In this document: positions 12,301-24,318 of the stretch, one piece after another
How the letters are laid out: each line of letters begins with the position of its first letter
How positions within the stretch are numbered: the first letter of the stretch is position 1
Source: Prorocentrum cordatum
Taxonomy: Eukaryota
DNA length: 64,000 bases
Assembly: GCA_963575745.1 (NCBI GenBank)
Contig: CAUYUJ010000004.1
Coordinates: 62,001-126,000 of the forward strand
Direction: 5' to 3'
The notes under the pieces: model-generated
Database searches by the model: none
Told to the model about the DNA's origin: nothing
What the model saw: only the letters and a program-made list of their open reading frames with translations
Position numbers and translations under genes: made by a program

Positions 12301-14504
12301 CCGACTACGAGCCAGAGGATAATACCAGATGGATATTGCAATCTTACGACCACCGCGTATACCGCTGGACGTCGGAGCTATTGGTCGACTCTCCAATGAT
12401 AAAGGTAAAACAAATTATTGAAGTACACACAGGTAGGGCCAACCTGGTGGTGGACAGGAGAGAGTCACACCTACGATTTGAGATGCAATTTTGTCCAAAA
12501 ACAGAGGCATACCAAATGGATTACGATCATACCCACACATGGGCACGCGACTTACCGATTTGCAGTGCATATTGTTTCTTCACAAAGATGGTTCACTACC
12601 TGGACCCAGAGATCATTGAAGAATCTACCACGGGCATCTTTCATTGGATTTCCAAAGTGTACCAAATCATATTGTCGGACAGCATCAAGGAGCTACGTGA
12701 TTTCACCAATGATGCTATCTATCAGAACCATCCTGCCTTCAATGCGTTGCGTGCTCTCTTCGCGCAATGCATCAGGACGCACGGCAACCCAGGCTTCCCC
12801 GTATGGAAGGAGCCGGTGGAAACGCCTGCCGCGCCTGACCAGGACGATCCAGGCGCCAACCAGGATATCCCCAGGGATCCAGGTAGCGTTGCTTCTGCAG
12901 CTCCCGACCAAGAGACCATGGTACAGATCATAGCCAATACAAAGAAGATTGACCGCAAGGGTGGCGATAACGAGGCCATCTTGCAGGCAGAGGCTACCCG
13001 CATCCGTACGGACAACGTACACCATGGTGATACTGATACTGCGGACACCGACACCTCCGGGTACGCAGGACTACCGGGGGAAAGATTGTCTAGGATCGAG
13101 ATCGAGGGGATCGGCCGATCGATCGCCTCCCGTCCGACCGCCGAGATCCATCGTGAGGCAATGAACCAAATCGGCCGTGGTCTTGCTTCCACTGACGGTG
13201 GCACCACCCGCTGGGGATCCTTTGGGCACCTTGCTATCTCTGGCGCCCCTGAAGAGATCCAGCATGATATAGCGCGATGTCGGAATTGCGATCGTTTTCT
13301 GTCTCTGGGAATCGTCACAGGTGACGGTACAATTTGTGATATCTGCTGGCAGTACACTGTCTCTGTAGGTACTACTGGCCAAGGTGGCGCCGTGGAGAGC
13401 GACCTGGCATACCTCCAGCAGTTGAACCACTGGATCAAGACGAACCTCTCCCAGGACGACATCACCAGGTATATGACAGATGGAGCGCGTGTCCACATGA
13501 TGGGCAAGCGCTCCATGGCTGGTCAGGAGAAGGATACCTTGAGGAGATTCACGAAGAAAGCTGCGGAGAGGTATCAGAGGTGGGTTAGCGCAGGCTCCCC
13601 TCCTGCACACATGTGCAGGCTGATGGGCGAGACTGAAGACGACAGACCTCTATACCACCCCTTCGCCAATCTCGTTCAGCGTTTCCTGAATGCCATGCGG
13701 TTCCGCCACCAAATGACAGCCGCTCGCACAGAGACTGGCAAAAAGGCCTTCACCATCGAAGACATGCGAGATGCTTGTGATATTCATGATCACAGCGTCA
13801 GGCTTGGCTTCGCTGGTCGGAGGAATTGGTGGTTGAACACTGGTAGACTCGACAGAGGCACTAGGCAAGAGCGTGGTCTTATCGCAATTGCCCTCCCCCG
13901 TGGGGGCGGCGCTTGCGAGAAAGTCACGCAGCGCAAGCTTGCCGCGCTGGCCTCCATCGAACCTGCCATGGAGCCTGCTAATCAAAGGGGGGCGGGTTCA
14001 GGGATTAGAACCGATCCGATCGACCCCGACGCACACTCCTCACATTCTTTTGGCGCCATGGAGCCGCGGCAGCCGCGGCGCCCGCCGCCGCCGCGCCCTG
14101 CCCGTGGCGATGCTGATGGATCCCGCGCCTCTGGCGCGCAGGATGACATGCCCGCTGGGCCGCGCGGCGCCGCCGCGCAGCGGCAGAGCAGCGATGCCAG
14201 CCGCAGACCAGCAACGTCTCCTCGTGCCAAGCGGGCGCGTAGGACAGAGGACTACGCAATGTGGTGGCGCAAGAACCTGGAGGAGAGCCAGTGGGGCCCC
14301 AGGTACTGGGGCTACTACGCCAAATGCTGGATGTACATCGCGGACAACAACGACGAGTTCGTGCACGTCCGCGACTTGCTGCGCAACGATAGGTTCCCCA
14401 ACTGGACCCCCAGGACACCCTGGGAGACATTCGCGACGAGCTATGTCGCGGATGATGGCCACCGGGCGTGGGACCAGAGGTTCTACGCGAGAGGCGACGC
14501 GTAG
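6284..14504 (+). pseudogene. ~2,700-codon extension downstream of copia RNase H, broken by a few stops and one frameshift near 10705
   Basis: ORFs 6284-6790, 6869-7300, 7307-7885, 7967-8509 and 8534-10708 share one frame separated by isolated stops; 10452-14504 continues in another frame. The first frame carries a plausible RNase H tail (KADLWRDLLEHSLI). Protein-like composition, with Pro-rich repeats (~9794-9930) and a CxxC..CxxC motif (~13278-13347). Confidence 0.75.
10394..11162 (+). pseudogene. Tpt1/KptA-like RNA 2'-phosphotransferase (ADP-ribosyltransferase fold) domain inside the copia extension
   Basis: N-lobe MSKDITTVLRR (cf. SKxLSxxLRH) and VIRAFQKH (cf. IRANQGH); C-lobe LHHGATLRAWRSILKSGIIPG (cf. 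HGTxxxxWxxIxxxGL), RAEAFFS and EVELVIDMHIATKAGCRFWLGAQGAIMTEDGVP (cf. IxIDxxxAxxxGxxFxxSxNGVxLT). Order matches the family; split by the frameshift near 10705. Confidence 0.75.
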
Positions 14505-15275
14505 TTTAGTCGGCCGCGAGGCCCGCCGCTCGATTGGCTGAACTTCATCTTTATACAAGTTCGCCTCGAGCAGTGATTAACAATGTAATTTTAGGCCACT
14601 TCACTATCCAAGAAAAGTGGCCACACTCACTGTGACACCCGAGGCAGACTCCTAAGGAGCACCGCCGGGGGGAGTAACCAATTGCAGAATTTATGTTTGC
14701 AGCTTTTCGTGCTTGTCAACACGACTTTACGCATGGCCATGTATTTACTTTGACATTTATACGTGTTCCTTAACGCGATCGCGTTCCTCAACACGACTTC
14801 ATAATACGCATTCTTGTTGCTTCTTTTTTACAGTATATTTACATTGCGTTGAGAATGTTCTGATGCCCAGCTCTAGTTTGAGAGCTGGTGGCAACACCTA
14901 CCGCGCTCAGGCGCGGCAGCTTCTGATGTTGCTTTAATTGATCAGATCCCCTTGCTCCGCCCACCCGTGTCTCATTCTTCTCCGCCCTCGAGTGCCGAAG
15001 CGTTTTTTGGGGGCGCACCGAGGGGGCACCAAAGTGTGCTTGGCGAAGAAACAGGGACCCTGGGTGTTCCTTCTTGCCCTTACTTGCCTAATCGTGACAG
15101 CCTTGTGCTACGTTTCCTTTTGAACACCGCTGTCATGATTAGGACGCAGCTGATGCTATGTAGATTTCACGCTCAGCTGCCTCGCAATGCTGAGGATTTG
15201 AGGAGTAAAAGGGTGACATGTTCTTTTCTCCTGTTCCCGAGCCCTGCCCTCACGGGCGGGATTCGGGACGGGGGG

Positions 15276-15426
15276 TGTGAATAGAACCCGTGTAATACCC
15301 TCATATATACTCCTTATCCTCACCTCTCCTGCGCCTGGCCGTTTGGGCTCAGGTATTGGATTCGATCGATCTGACCTTTGATCGTGCAGGAGGAAACTAT
15401 ATCCATCTTTCCCTCCTTTCCTCTAC
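15276..15426 (+). repeat. Candidate 3' LTR of the giant copia element
   Basis: Starts TG right after the purine tract 15265-15275; contains tatata (15304-15309) and an SL-like motif (15338-15355). Ends ctctac rather than canonical CA, and no partner LTR is in the window. Confidence 0.45.
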
Positions 15427-18199
15427 CGGCGGATCAGGGGTTCTGCGCCTTTGCACTCTAACCCCACGCACAGGAATAGGAAGGTGTGGCGCGCGGCGCT
15501 GCGAACGGGAAAGCGAGGACCCGAGCTTCTAGGACGGCTGCGGACGAACTTGACATGTGAGCCGGCGTGGGCCCCAAACAGCGAGTTCCCGCAATCTACG
15601 TGGTCCAATCCAAGTGGTGCAATCAATGTTGCGCAATCCAGGTGGTGCAATCCATGTGGCGCAACCTATCTGGTGCAATGCAACTCACTGCAGAGCAGTG
15701 CGGAGCAATGCAAATCGAAGCAGTGCAACGCAGGCCAAGCTTATAGGGCGGCCGTGGACGAATCCGACATGCAAGCCAGCGTGGACCCCAAACAGCGAGT
15801 TCTTGCCATCGACGGCAGGCGCACTCTGCCAGCTCGAGAGCTCCACTTTCTCGCAGCCGCCCGCCCCCAAGGGGAACCGCCCCCTGCCGGGAGCCCCCGG
15901 CCGGCCGGCCGCGCCCCCGGCCGCAGCCTCCTCGGAGGCCATGGAGTCGAGGCCGCGCAGCAGCTGCGAGGCTCGAGCGAGGGCCCATGTGACCGTTTTT
16001 TACGGTCGGCGCGGGCCCTCGCAACCCCCTTCGACCAAAAAATAAACGAAACCACCCCATCTACAGCCTTCCATGTTGCACCACGGCCGATCGGGCACCG
16101 CAGCGTATACCACGCAAAAGCCCACGCCGGCTTTCATGGTATGTGCTGAGGCCCGTGGAGCCGTTGGTGGGGTGGTGTCGGTTGTTTTCTGGTCCATCCC
16201 ACCCCCCCCACAAGGAGTAGATGTCGGTTGTTTTTGGCGCCTGTTTCGAGCAGGTGGAGTCTCCCCCATAGGACGCACGCTTTGCAAACGGTCGCATTAA
16301 GCGGAAGTCCGGAGCCAGACACCCCCTCTCCCCCCTCTTCCGCCCAATGTCCAAACGCCGAATAAGAAAACGTTCACCAGGCGAAGGGTCCGCGTGGTGC
16401 CCTGGGGGCCTCCAAGATGGCAAGACGGGCGACGAGAGCCCCCCAAAATGGCAGAGCGGTCCCCCGACGCAGCCTCACGACGGCCCGGCAGGGCCCCCAG
16501 GCGGCCCATAACGGCTCCAAGAAGAGCCCCGGAAGCTGGCCAGGGAGGGCCGCTGCAGGGACCCACGACGGGCGAAGCAGGCGCCGGCCACGGCGGCCTC
16601 TGGAGAGGGCTCTCGCGGCGCGCGCGGGCCCAGCGCGGAGGCGGCCTCCGGGCTTTTCGGTCGCGAGCGAGCTTCGGTGGATGTCCGAGCGAGGTCTAGG
16701 TCGCGGGCCATGCCGGCCTTCAGCTAGGGCTCTCGCGACGCGGGCGGGCCACGGGGTGGAGGGGGCCGCCTGGCTCCTGCTCCGAGCGAAACACGAACGA
16801 GGTCCAAGCGACGCGGCGCCCCACCCCCCTTCAATGAGCCAAGTCCGAGGCGACAGATCGGTCGTCTGGCAGCTGCACTTTTCGAGTAGGGGATCGACTG
16901 CATGATTCAATCACCCCAAACCCGATTTTCTCGCCGAGTCCACGAGAATGCGCAACATGCCCTGCAGATCTGCGGAGCATCCTACGCACTTCTCGCAGCC
17001 GCGACGGAAAATAATCAAATTTGGGGTAAATCCACCCTGCGCGGTCAACCAGCATAGTAAGAATGGGCCAACTTTTCCAATGCTATTCCCAGTTTCTTGA
17101 AGCGTCGGAGGGGCGTCACCCCCGCCGACAGTCCCACGTCGACCCCCGTCGCGGGCAGCCACCGCGCGCCGAAGGCGCTCCGACCCCCGTCGCGGCGCGA
17201 CGACGAGGCGAGGTTGACCACCGTCGGGGGGGGGTACCCCTCCACCCTCATGAAGAAACCCGGAGTATCCTTGCATCCTTCCCTCCTCGGTCCATCCTTG
17301 GCCACTTCCGTTGGCCGCGCCCCGCTCGCAAAGCGCTGACATGGCCTTCCAGGACCCTTGCATCCTTACCGTGCGTTCTTATTGTACGGGTTGACTGTAG
17401 TCGATGGGTACGGTACGGTACGGTACGGTACGGTACGGCTCGCGTCCCGGCCCGCTTTGGGGCGGTCCTCTGGGAGAGGGCGAGCGCATGGGAGCGTACT
17501 CCCGCAGGAGAGAAAACGGATCCTGTAGAATGTGTCTCGGGTGAAACCCAGAGATCCGACGTCGTGATTTTTTCAATGCGGGGTCCCCGGAAGTCTCGAC
17601 CCATTCCCCAGGACCAGGTTTTCATCCTGAGTCGTTTCTTGACGGTCCCGAGGCCCGGCGAGGGCCTCTGGAGGCCGAAATGTGCGAAAAACCTCCATCT
17701 TCATTTTTCAATGCGTTGGATCTCTAGGAACAGGAAGGAGACAGGACTGCAGGCGAGCCCCTACTCGAACTGCCCCTCAGCAGATTTTTTCGCCACCCGG
17801 TCAGCCGGGCTCGAGCGCGCGTCGTGGGCGGCCCTCGGCGGCCCTCCGGCGGCCCCTCGCCAGCCCGGAGGCCGCCCGCCGCGGGCCCGACTCGGAGGCC
17901 TTCGGCGGCCCCGGGAGGGCTCCTCGGCGAGGGCGCGGCCCACCAGAGCGACCGCACCGCGGCGAGGGCACCGGCCGCGGCCGCGGGCGGCCGCCAGGCT
18001 GTCGGTGCCCTTCCGCAGCAGCGTCCGCGTGGTGGTGCCGTGTGCGCCGGTGCGGCGCGAGGAGCACGGAGGCCGTGCCCCCCGCCGCGCTTTTCGCCGT
18101 GGGGGCAGGGGGTTTTGCGGCAGCAGATGATGGGAGCCTGGTCTACCCCCTTGATTCCGTCTTTAGCGTCGGCCAGCGTCGAAAAGCGTCTGGGAGTCA

Positions 18200-18673
18200 A
18201 TGGCGTAGCGCCGATTTGGCGTCGACTAGCGTCGATTTGGCGTCGACTGGCGTCGATTTGACGTCGATCAGCGGCGATTCGCAGGAGCCGACAAGATGGT
18301 ATGGGAGGCTCCCATGAGTTGCCACCGAAGGGTCCTGAGGGAGAGGCCCGAGGAGGAGGTGGAGGAGGAGGAGGAGGAGGAGGAGGAGGACCAGTGTAAA
18401 CCCAAGAGTCATCAACGATGTTGGAATCAACCCTCCCTCCAAGCTCCCCCTGCATAGGCCCCTACAACGGTTCATTTCCAGAGGGAACTGCCTCGTTGGA
18501 AGACAACCGCTTGAAGACCCTGAAGCATGCCAAAACATGGTTCTCGGGATTCCAACGCCACGGATCAACCTGATTGTTGCGTCTTGACGATCCTGAATCG
18601 TGCCAGAACGGAGGAGGAGGAGCAGGAGGACAATGATGATGACGATGGTGATGATGACGATGATTATGATGAC

Positions 18674-18758
<85 letters not shown>

Positions 18759-18780
18759 GTGGTGGTGGTGGTGGTGGTGG

Positions 18781-18813
<33 letters not shown>

Positions 18814-19892
18814 GGAGGAGGAGGAGGAGGAGGAGGAGGAGGACCAGGTTAAACCCACGAATCATCAACGATGTTGGAATAAACCCTCCCTCCAATTTCC
18901 CTCTTCATAGGCCCCTACAACGGTTCATTCCCACGGAGGGAACTGCATCGTTGGAAGACAACCGCTTGAAGACCCTGGAGCATGCCCCAAAAATGTTCTC
19001 GCGATTCCAACGCCACGGATCAACCTGACTGTTGTGTCTTGACGACCCTGAATCGTGCCAGAACGCCACTCCTGGGACTTCAACGCAGCAAATCAACATA
19101 ACTGTTGCATCCGCACAATATTGAATCGCTTCAAGCCAGTGGGTGAGTCGCGGGGTGGGTCGCGGGGTGGGTTGCGGGGTGGGTCGCGGGGTGGGTCGCG
19201 GGTGGGTCGCGGGTGGGATGACGATAACAAACAACAGCAACAACAACAACAACAACAGCAACATCAACAACAACAACAAACACAACGCAACAACGCAACA
19301 ACGCAACACACATAATCTTCACTACGAATCCCCAGTTCAGCCACGCACCCAGGGACAATGAATGACCGTTCGGTCCCCTCATTCTGATTCAATCGCTTTG
19401 CTCATTCCGCTGGCCCGTACTGTGCCATCGTAGGCGTTTGCCTGCGCGTTCGTGGCCTCTTGGGGCCTATTGGGAGTCGTTTGGGGGCCTCTTGGGCTTC
19501 TTTTTGAGCCTCTTGGGGGCCCCGTGCGGCCTCCAGGGTGCCTCCTGGGCTCTCTTGGGGGCCTCTTGGGGCCTCCTGGTGGGGGCCTCTTGGGGCGGAA
19601 GACTAGAATTGGTGGTTCGTGGTCCCCCTGACTCTTTTAGGCCCCTCTTGGGGCCGTCTTGGGGCCTTCTTGAGCGATTTTGGGCGCCTCTAGGGCCGTT
19701 TTGGGGCCCTCTTGGACAGTATTGGGGCCCTCTTGGGCCGTTCTGGGGCCCCTTCGGGGGCCACACCCGATGAGATAGTGCCGATTTAGCGACGACGAGC
19801 GTCGATTTAGCGTCGACTAGCGTCGACTCGCGTAGATTAGCGTCGACTCGCAAGAGCCAACAAGATGGTGCGGGAGGCTCCCACGAGTGGCC
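18200..19892. repeat. Cluster of local direct repeats and microsatellites
   Basis: ~120-bp gtcgattt/gtcgact-rich unit at ~18205-18325 and ~19778-19892; ~220-bp unit at ~18389-18610 and ~18842-19065 flanking a (GAG)(GAT)(GCT)(GGT) compound microsatellite; 12-bp gtcgcggggtgg array ~19147-19217; (CAA)n ~19228-19310; ctcttggggcc-rich tract ~19455-19765. Confidence 0.85.
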
Positions 19893-20749
19893 GCAGAAGT
19901 CAGCGATGTGGTGCGATCCTTCTGTCCCATCTGCTCTGGCCTGGCGCGTGATGTAGCATCAGTTGTTCAACCACCCGCGCAGCAACAGTCAAAGGAGGAA
20001 GGTCCCCAGAACTCCGACAGGATTTTCTTGACAATGTGGACCTCCAGAGGTCTCGACACCTTCCTCGGGACATTTGCTTTCATTCAGAGTCTTCTGTGAC
20101 AGTGCTTGAGCTCAGTATGTTTCCCCGGAGGCTGTACAGCGTCAAACGTGGACTGCTTTGCTTCTTCACGATGCGAGGGGGTCTGGGCAGTTAGAAACGT
20201 CAGGATTGAAGTCGAATGAAGCCTCTCGCACTCGCAGGCTGGATCGGTGAGATGAACTCCTGGTTCGAGTACTCGGAGGACCGCGCGAACCATACTTACA
20301 CGAACACACAAGAGGAATGGGGATGTAGATACACGCCCTGTACAGGGGTGCAGACAGAGACAGGTCCAAGGAGAGAGCGAGAGTCAGGAGGGGACAGAAA
20401 CGCACAGGCACAACCAATCGCCAATCCCCTCGAAAATATGGGAAGATGTGGGAAGTGGGGGGGAAGACGAACACCCAGCAAGTCTGGGAAAATATAGGAA
20501 ATCTGGGACTTGTGCCTACTTATGTGTGCGACCCTGGGCCCCTTAGAGAGCGAGAGAGAGAGAGAGAGAGAGACAGAGCAAGAGAGACAGAGCAAGAGAG
20601 AGAGAGAGAGAGAGAAAGAGAGAGGGTAGCGCTGGGACAGACACGAGCAGCCATCTATTGGCATACTCAGCCAGCAGTGTGTATGCATGCGGTGGGGAGT
20701 GGCGGGTTGGGGTGGAGGTGGAGAAAGGGATACATACGCACATACATAC

Positions 20750-21391
20750 GGCGGCTCTACTGCTAGTAGTCCCTCTTCCGCCGAGCCCCCCTGGCCCAGA
20801 GAGGCCGCCCAGAGGCGGGGGGCCGGCCGGCAAGACAGTGTATGAACGTTGTTTGAGGTGTCGCTGAATGCAGCGTGGCACCACAATAATGATGTGGAGA
20901 GGTCTCCGGAGGCCCGGGAGGTTCCACCAGGTCCCACGGGGTCCCACGAGGGTGCGATTCATTTTCTCCGTGGGCCAGACGAAAACGGCCAATGAGCCGC
21001 CAGGAGACTGGCCCACAACGGGTCCGAGCGCAATCCCAATTGGGGAACACGCAACGTAGCTGTCCCGGCCGCGTGGCCGATGCCAGCGGGCGCAAACCCA
21101 ATTAAGGTCAGATTGCACACCGGGGACCGGCCACCTATCTGCGGCTCATTGGCCGTTTTCGTCTGGCCCACGGAGAAAATGAATCGCACCCTCGTGGGAC
21201 CCCGTGGGACCTGGTGGAACCTCCCGGGCCTCCGGAGACCTCTCCACATCATTATTGTGGTGCCACGCTGCATTCAGCGACACCTCAAACAACGTTCATA
21301 CACTGTCTTGCCGGCCGGCCCCCCGCCTCTGGGCGGCCTCTCTGGGCCAGGGGGGCTCGGCGGAAGAGGGACTACTAGCAGTAGAGCCGCC
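20750..21391. mobile_element. Foldback/MITE-like element: perfect 251-bp inverted repeats around a 140-bp spacer
   Basis: 20750-21000 is the exact reverse complement of 21141-21391 (checked block by block). Confidence 0.9.
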
Positions 21392-21599
21392 TTCCGCCAT
21401 CCTCCCGGGCCCTCGCCGGCAGACATCAGAGAACAACAGCATTGAAAGAATTTCCCTTTAACTCCTAGCTCCTCCTGGGCACCTCCTCCTGGAGCGGGCG
21501 GAAAGACGCGAAGCGTCAGGAATTGCACGCAATTGTTTTGCACCGTGGGGAACAACATCATTGAATCATTGAGCGGTACTGGGGAGGCGGGCCTCCGCA
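21392..21599. repeat. Left arm of ~208-bp inverted repeat (partner 37396-37603)
   Basis: ttccgccatcc...gcctccgca is the reverse complement of 37396-37603, with 3 mismatches seen. Confidence 0.93.
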
Positions 21600-21626
21600 T
21601 CTACCCCCATCTCATCAGGCCGCCTC

Positions 21627-24128
21627 TCACTGGGACATGTCAGCGCCGAGTCGCATTGACAGGCCGTCGAACGCTGATGGCCTCCGTTCTGGTTCGAGCA
21701 GACCCTGCCAGAACAGGGCCAAACACGGCACAGCATCCAGCACCACCGCCCCCTGGTATCCGTCGAACTCCAGGCGGGACGCCTTGTCGGCGGGGTTGCC
21801 AAGGGATGGGGATGGGACCCTTTCAACCCACGACGCCGTGCCGTGCGCCATGTCCAACTCCTGCGACCATGCAATGAGCTCAGCACTCGCCTCCACCGGC
21901 GAGTAGCCCCGGATGAGGCCAAAGCTGGCAGCCTCGTTGTCCACCCAATGGAGCAGCACCGCCTGAGACAACACATCTGGCCACAGGAGGCGGGCCACGA
22001 CCGCGGGGGCAAGCTCAGCCTGGCCGATCACCTGCTCCACAGTGCGTACACCGCGGTCCTGCCACCTGGCCACGACCTCCTCTGGGACCTCCGTTCCCCA
22101 CACGACAGGGGCGGCGCCGGCGCGGTACAGCACGGCACCGATCGACACCAGTGGCAGCCGGCCAGGGCGAGGGGTGCAGGCCCCATCTGTGAACAGACGC
22201 AACGTCGGGAGGCGCCGGTGACAGCACACCTCTCTTGGCCGGGTGTAGCTCAAGAAGCGGCGCCACCACCGCAGCGCCCACTTCACCCTTGGTGTGATCC
22301 AGCCGCCCGTTGCGCCGTTCTGCCTGAAGTCACCGAGCGCCTGCAAGGCCGCAGCGCCGCACCGGCCGAACGTGTTCGACCTTGCGTACCGGCATTTGCC
22401 GATGAGGGAGTCCAGCTCGCCGCGGCGGACCCGGCCCCTGGCCTCGATCATCGCCAAATCCTTGCTGATGGACTCTATGCGGCCCGGCTTGTTGCCTACC
22501 CTGAAGAAGCCGTGCTCGACGAGGGGGCTCATGTCGAAGTGCGCCCCGAGAGCGGTGAACACTGGCCTCGGTACCCTGTCTTCCGATCGCTCCTCCTTCG
22601 GGGGCCACCCGAGGAGCCTCAGGACCTCGAGGGCCGTGGCACGGCCCCCAGCAGCCAGAACCTCGGGCTCGAGGTGCGGATAATCATCGAAATACTTTGT
22701 GACAGCGACACGGAAGAGCCGGCACAATATCCACTCCAGAGGCCGGAAGAAGCGGTTGGCCTGAAACACGGCGCCGGTCTCCCCGAACAGGAGGGAATAG
22801 GCCAAACGGAACTCGACGCGGCGCCTGGCCGCCGACCATGACGTCACGACAGAGAACCTGCGATGCTCCGGCCGCTTGGCCAACTGCTTGTAGGCTTTGC
22901 TGAGGTCCAGCGTGCGGCCCGTGAGGCGCGCCGCCCCTGCGCGACTCCACTCGCCAGACAACTCGCCATCCAAAACAGCGCCGCCCGGAAGGCGCACTCT
23001 GACGCGTCGCTGGTCCCAGTCCACCGCTTCCGCCCAGCATCGGGCCAAGCCGGCGACTTCGTCAAGACCGAGGACATCGAGCTTTTCGGTCCGCTCAACC
23101 AACAGGTTCTCGCCGAACTCTGTGGCGTCATCGATCTCTCGCGCCTTCCCTCCCTGCCAGACACCGAACTGGCGGGCGGGGAGCCAGTCTGGCCCAAGCG
23201 CGGCGGAAACCTCCTCCACCGACAGGAACGGCGCAGACAGGAGGCCGGCAGCCTCCTGTTCCAGCGTCACTCGCTCGACCTCCGCGCCCAGCGCCGGGTC
23301 GGAGGATGGCCCCACAGTCGCCGCGGCCGCGCGCTGCGCCTCCGCTGCGCGCGCCAGGGCGGCGGCGACAGACTCCTTCGCCGGGACTGGGAGCGGAGGG
23401 AACGCCCCCGTCACCGGGAGCACTCCGATGACTGCCAGGCCCGCGGCCGCCTCGCCCGCCAACCCGCAGTCCGGGTAGCCAGCAGCCCGCGCCATCTCAT
23501 CGAGCAGGAGGAGTCGCTTGCCGCGCAACACGCGCCGCACGCCGGGCTCCATGGACTGGTGCAGCGTCGCCTCGTCTTGTTCCAAAGCTTGCGCCCGGAG
23601 CGCCCAGTGCTTGAACGTCAGCCGGCGGAAGCTGACGACCTCCGTCGGGCCGCGGGTAAGGACGAAGAAAATTGTCTCGAGCACATGCGAACGCAGCTCC
23701 GGCATCTGATCGAAAGGCGCCACTACCTCGGCTGCCGCGCGGGCACACGCGTCGGGGTGCCAAGGCAGACCGAGCTTCGCGGAAACCCAACTTGCCTCGG
23801 CCCTGGCGTCACCCCGTCTCCTGGCCGAGGAAAAGTACCTTGGCCCCTGCGGGCGCTTCGCCATCGCAGTGTTGCAAAGGCTCACGCAGGGCGTCGCCCA
23901 CTTCCAGGGCGAAGGCTGTGTCCGGCGGGAGCCGAACGTCAGCGAAGCCAGAGAAATCAGGCACCAGCGGGGGCCGCCTCTGCCTGCGCGGCTGCGCGCC
24001 CGTCGCGGCAGCCAGGCGATCGCGCCACGCGTCGCTGCGCCCTTCCGCTGCCTCGTCGGGCTCTGGTGCCCCGGCGACGGGCGCGACTGGCCGGCTGGTC
24101 TGAATCGCCGACGCCGGAACATGGCCAC
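21627..24128 (-). CDS. DIRS-type reverse transcriptase / RNase H (5' part separated by the copia insertion)
   Basis: FGVWQGGKAREIDD, DLSKAYKQL, LLFGETGAV, KYFDDY (YFDD 22683-22694), FTALG; RNase H LFTDGA, IGQAELAP, WVDNEAA, NPADKASR. Confidence 0.9.
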   Translation of the reverse strand: MAMFRRRRFRPAGQSRPSPGHQSPTRQRKGAATRGAIAWLPRRARSRAGRGGPRWCLISLASLTFGSRRTQPSPWKWATPCVSLCNTAMAKRPQGPRYFSSARRRGDARAEASWVSAKLGLPWHPDACARAAAEVVAPFDQMPELRSHVLETIFFVLTRGPTEVVSFRRLTFKHWALRAQALEQDEATLHQSMEPGVRRVLRGKRLLLLDEMARAAGYPDCGLAGEAAAGLAVIGVLPVTGAFPPLPVPAKESVAAALARAAEAQRAAAATVGPSSDPALGAEVERVTLEQEAAGLLSAPFLSVEEVSAALGPDWLPARQFGVWQGGKAREIDDATEFGENLLVERTEKLDVLGLDEVAGLARCWAEAVDWDQRRVRVRLPGGAVLDGELSGEWSRAGAARLTGRTLDLSKAYKQLAKRPEHRRFSVVTSWSAARRRVEFRLAYSLLFGETGAVFQANRFFRPLEWILCRLFRVAVTKYFDDYPHLEPEVLAAGGRATALEVLRLLGWPPKEERSEDRVPRPVFTALGAHFDMSPLVEHGFFRVGNKPGRIESISKDLAMIEARGRVRRGELDSLIGKCRYARSNTFGRCGAAALQALGDFRQNGATGGWITPRVKWALRWWRRFLSYTRPREVCCHRRLPTLRLFTDGACTPRPGRLPLVSIGAVLYRAGAAPVVWGTEVPEEVVARWQDRGVRTVEQVIGQAELAPAVVARLLWPDVLSQAVLLHWVDNEAASFGLIRGYSPVEASAELIAWSQELDMAHGTASWVERVPSPSLGNPADKASRLEFDGYQGAVVLDAVPCLALFWQGLLEPERRPSAFDGLSMRLGADMSQ

Positions 24129-24131
24129 CGA

Positions 24132-24296
24132 TGTCCCCCGTCTCCTCTGTGCCCCCTCCGTCGTTGTCCCTCCGTACTAGCCTCCGTGCAGCCTCATTGG
24201 CTTAGAGGCGCCCAAGGCGCCAGGCTGTACCCATGCCCCTCTCCGCGCCCCCTCGCCGACACAAAGGTCCCTGTCCTCCCCCCTCCTGCGCCAACA
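24132..24296 (+). repeat. 5' LTR (165 bp)
   Basis: tgtccccc...gccaaca; about 7 substitutions and 1 indel relative to the 3' LTR. Confidence 0.95.
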
Positions 24297-24298
24297 GT

Positions 24299-24318
24299 TG
24301 GTAAGCGGAGCGATGGTT
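24299..24318 (+). promoter_or_regulatory. Primer-binding site, initiator tRNA-Met-like
   Basis: tggtaagcggagcgatggtt begins 2 nt after the 5' LTR; resembles the complement of a eukaryotic tRNA-iMet 3' end (TGGTAGCAGAGGATGGTT) with indels. Confidence 0.55.

Larger units (their letters stand above)
2900..15426 (+). mobile_element. 5'-truncated giant Ty1/copia LTR retrotransposon (post-integrase region, RT, RNase H, very long C-terminal extension, candidate PPT and 3' LTR)
   Basis: Copia RT/RH motifs at 4204-6252; same-strand coding continues to 14504; purine tract gggacgggggg is followed by TG at 15276. No gag, protease, integrase core or 5' LTR is seen, so both ends are approximate. Confidence 0.75.

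Noticed and set aside
14664..14680. ggggggag as the PPT/LTR start of the giant copia
   Set aside because: Followed by TA rather than TG; the tract at 15265-15275 fits better.
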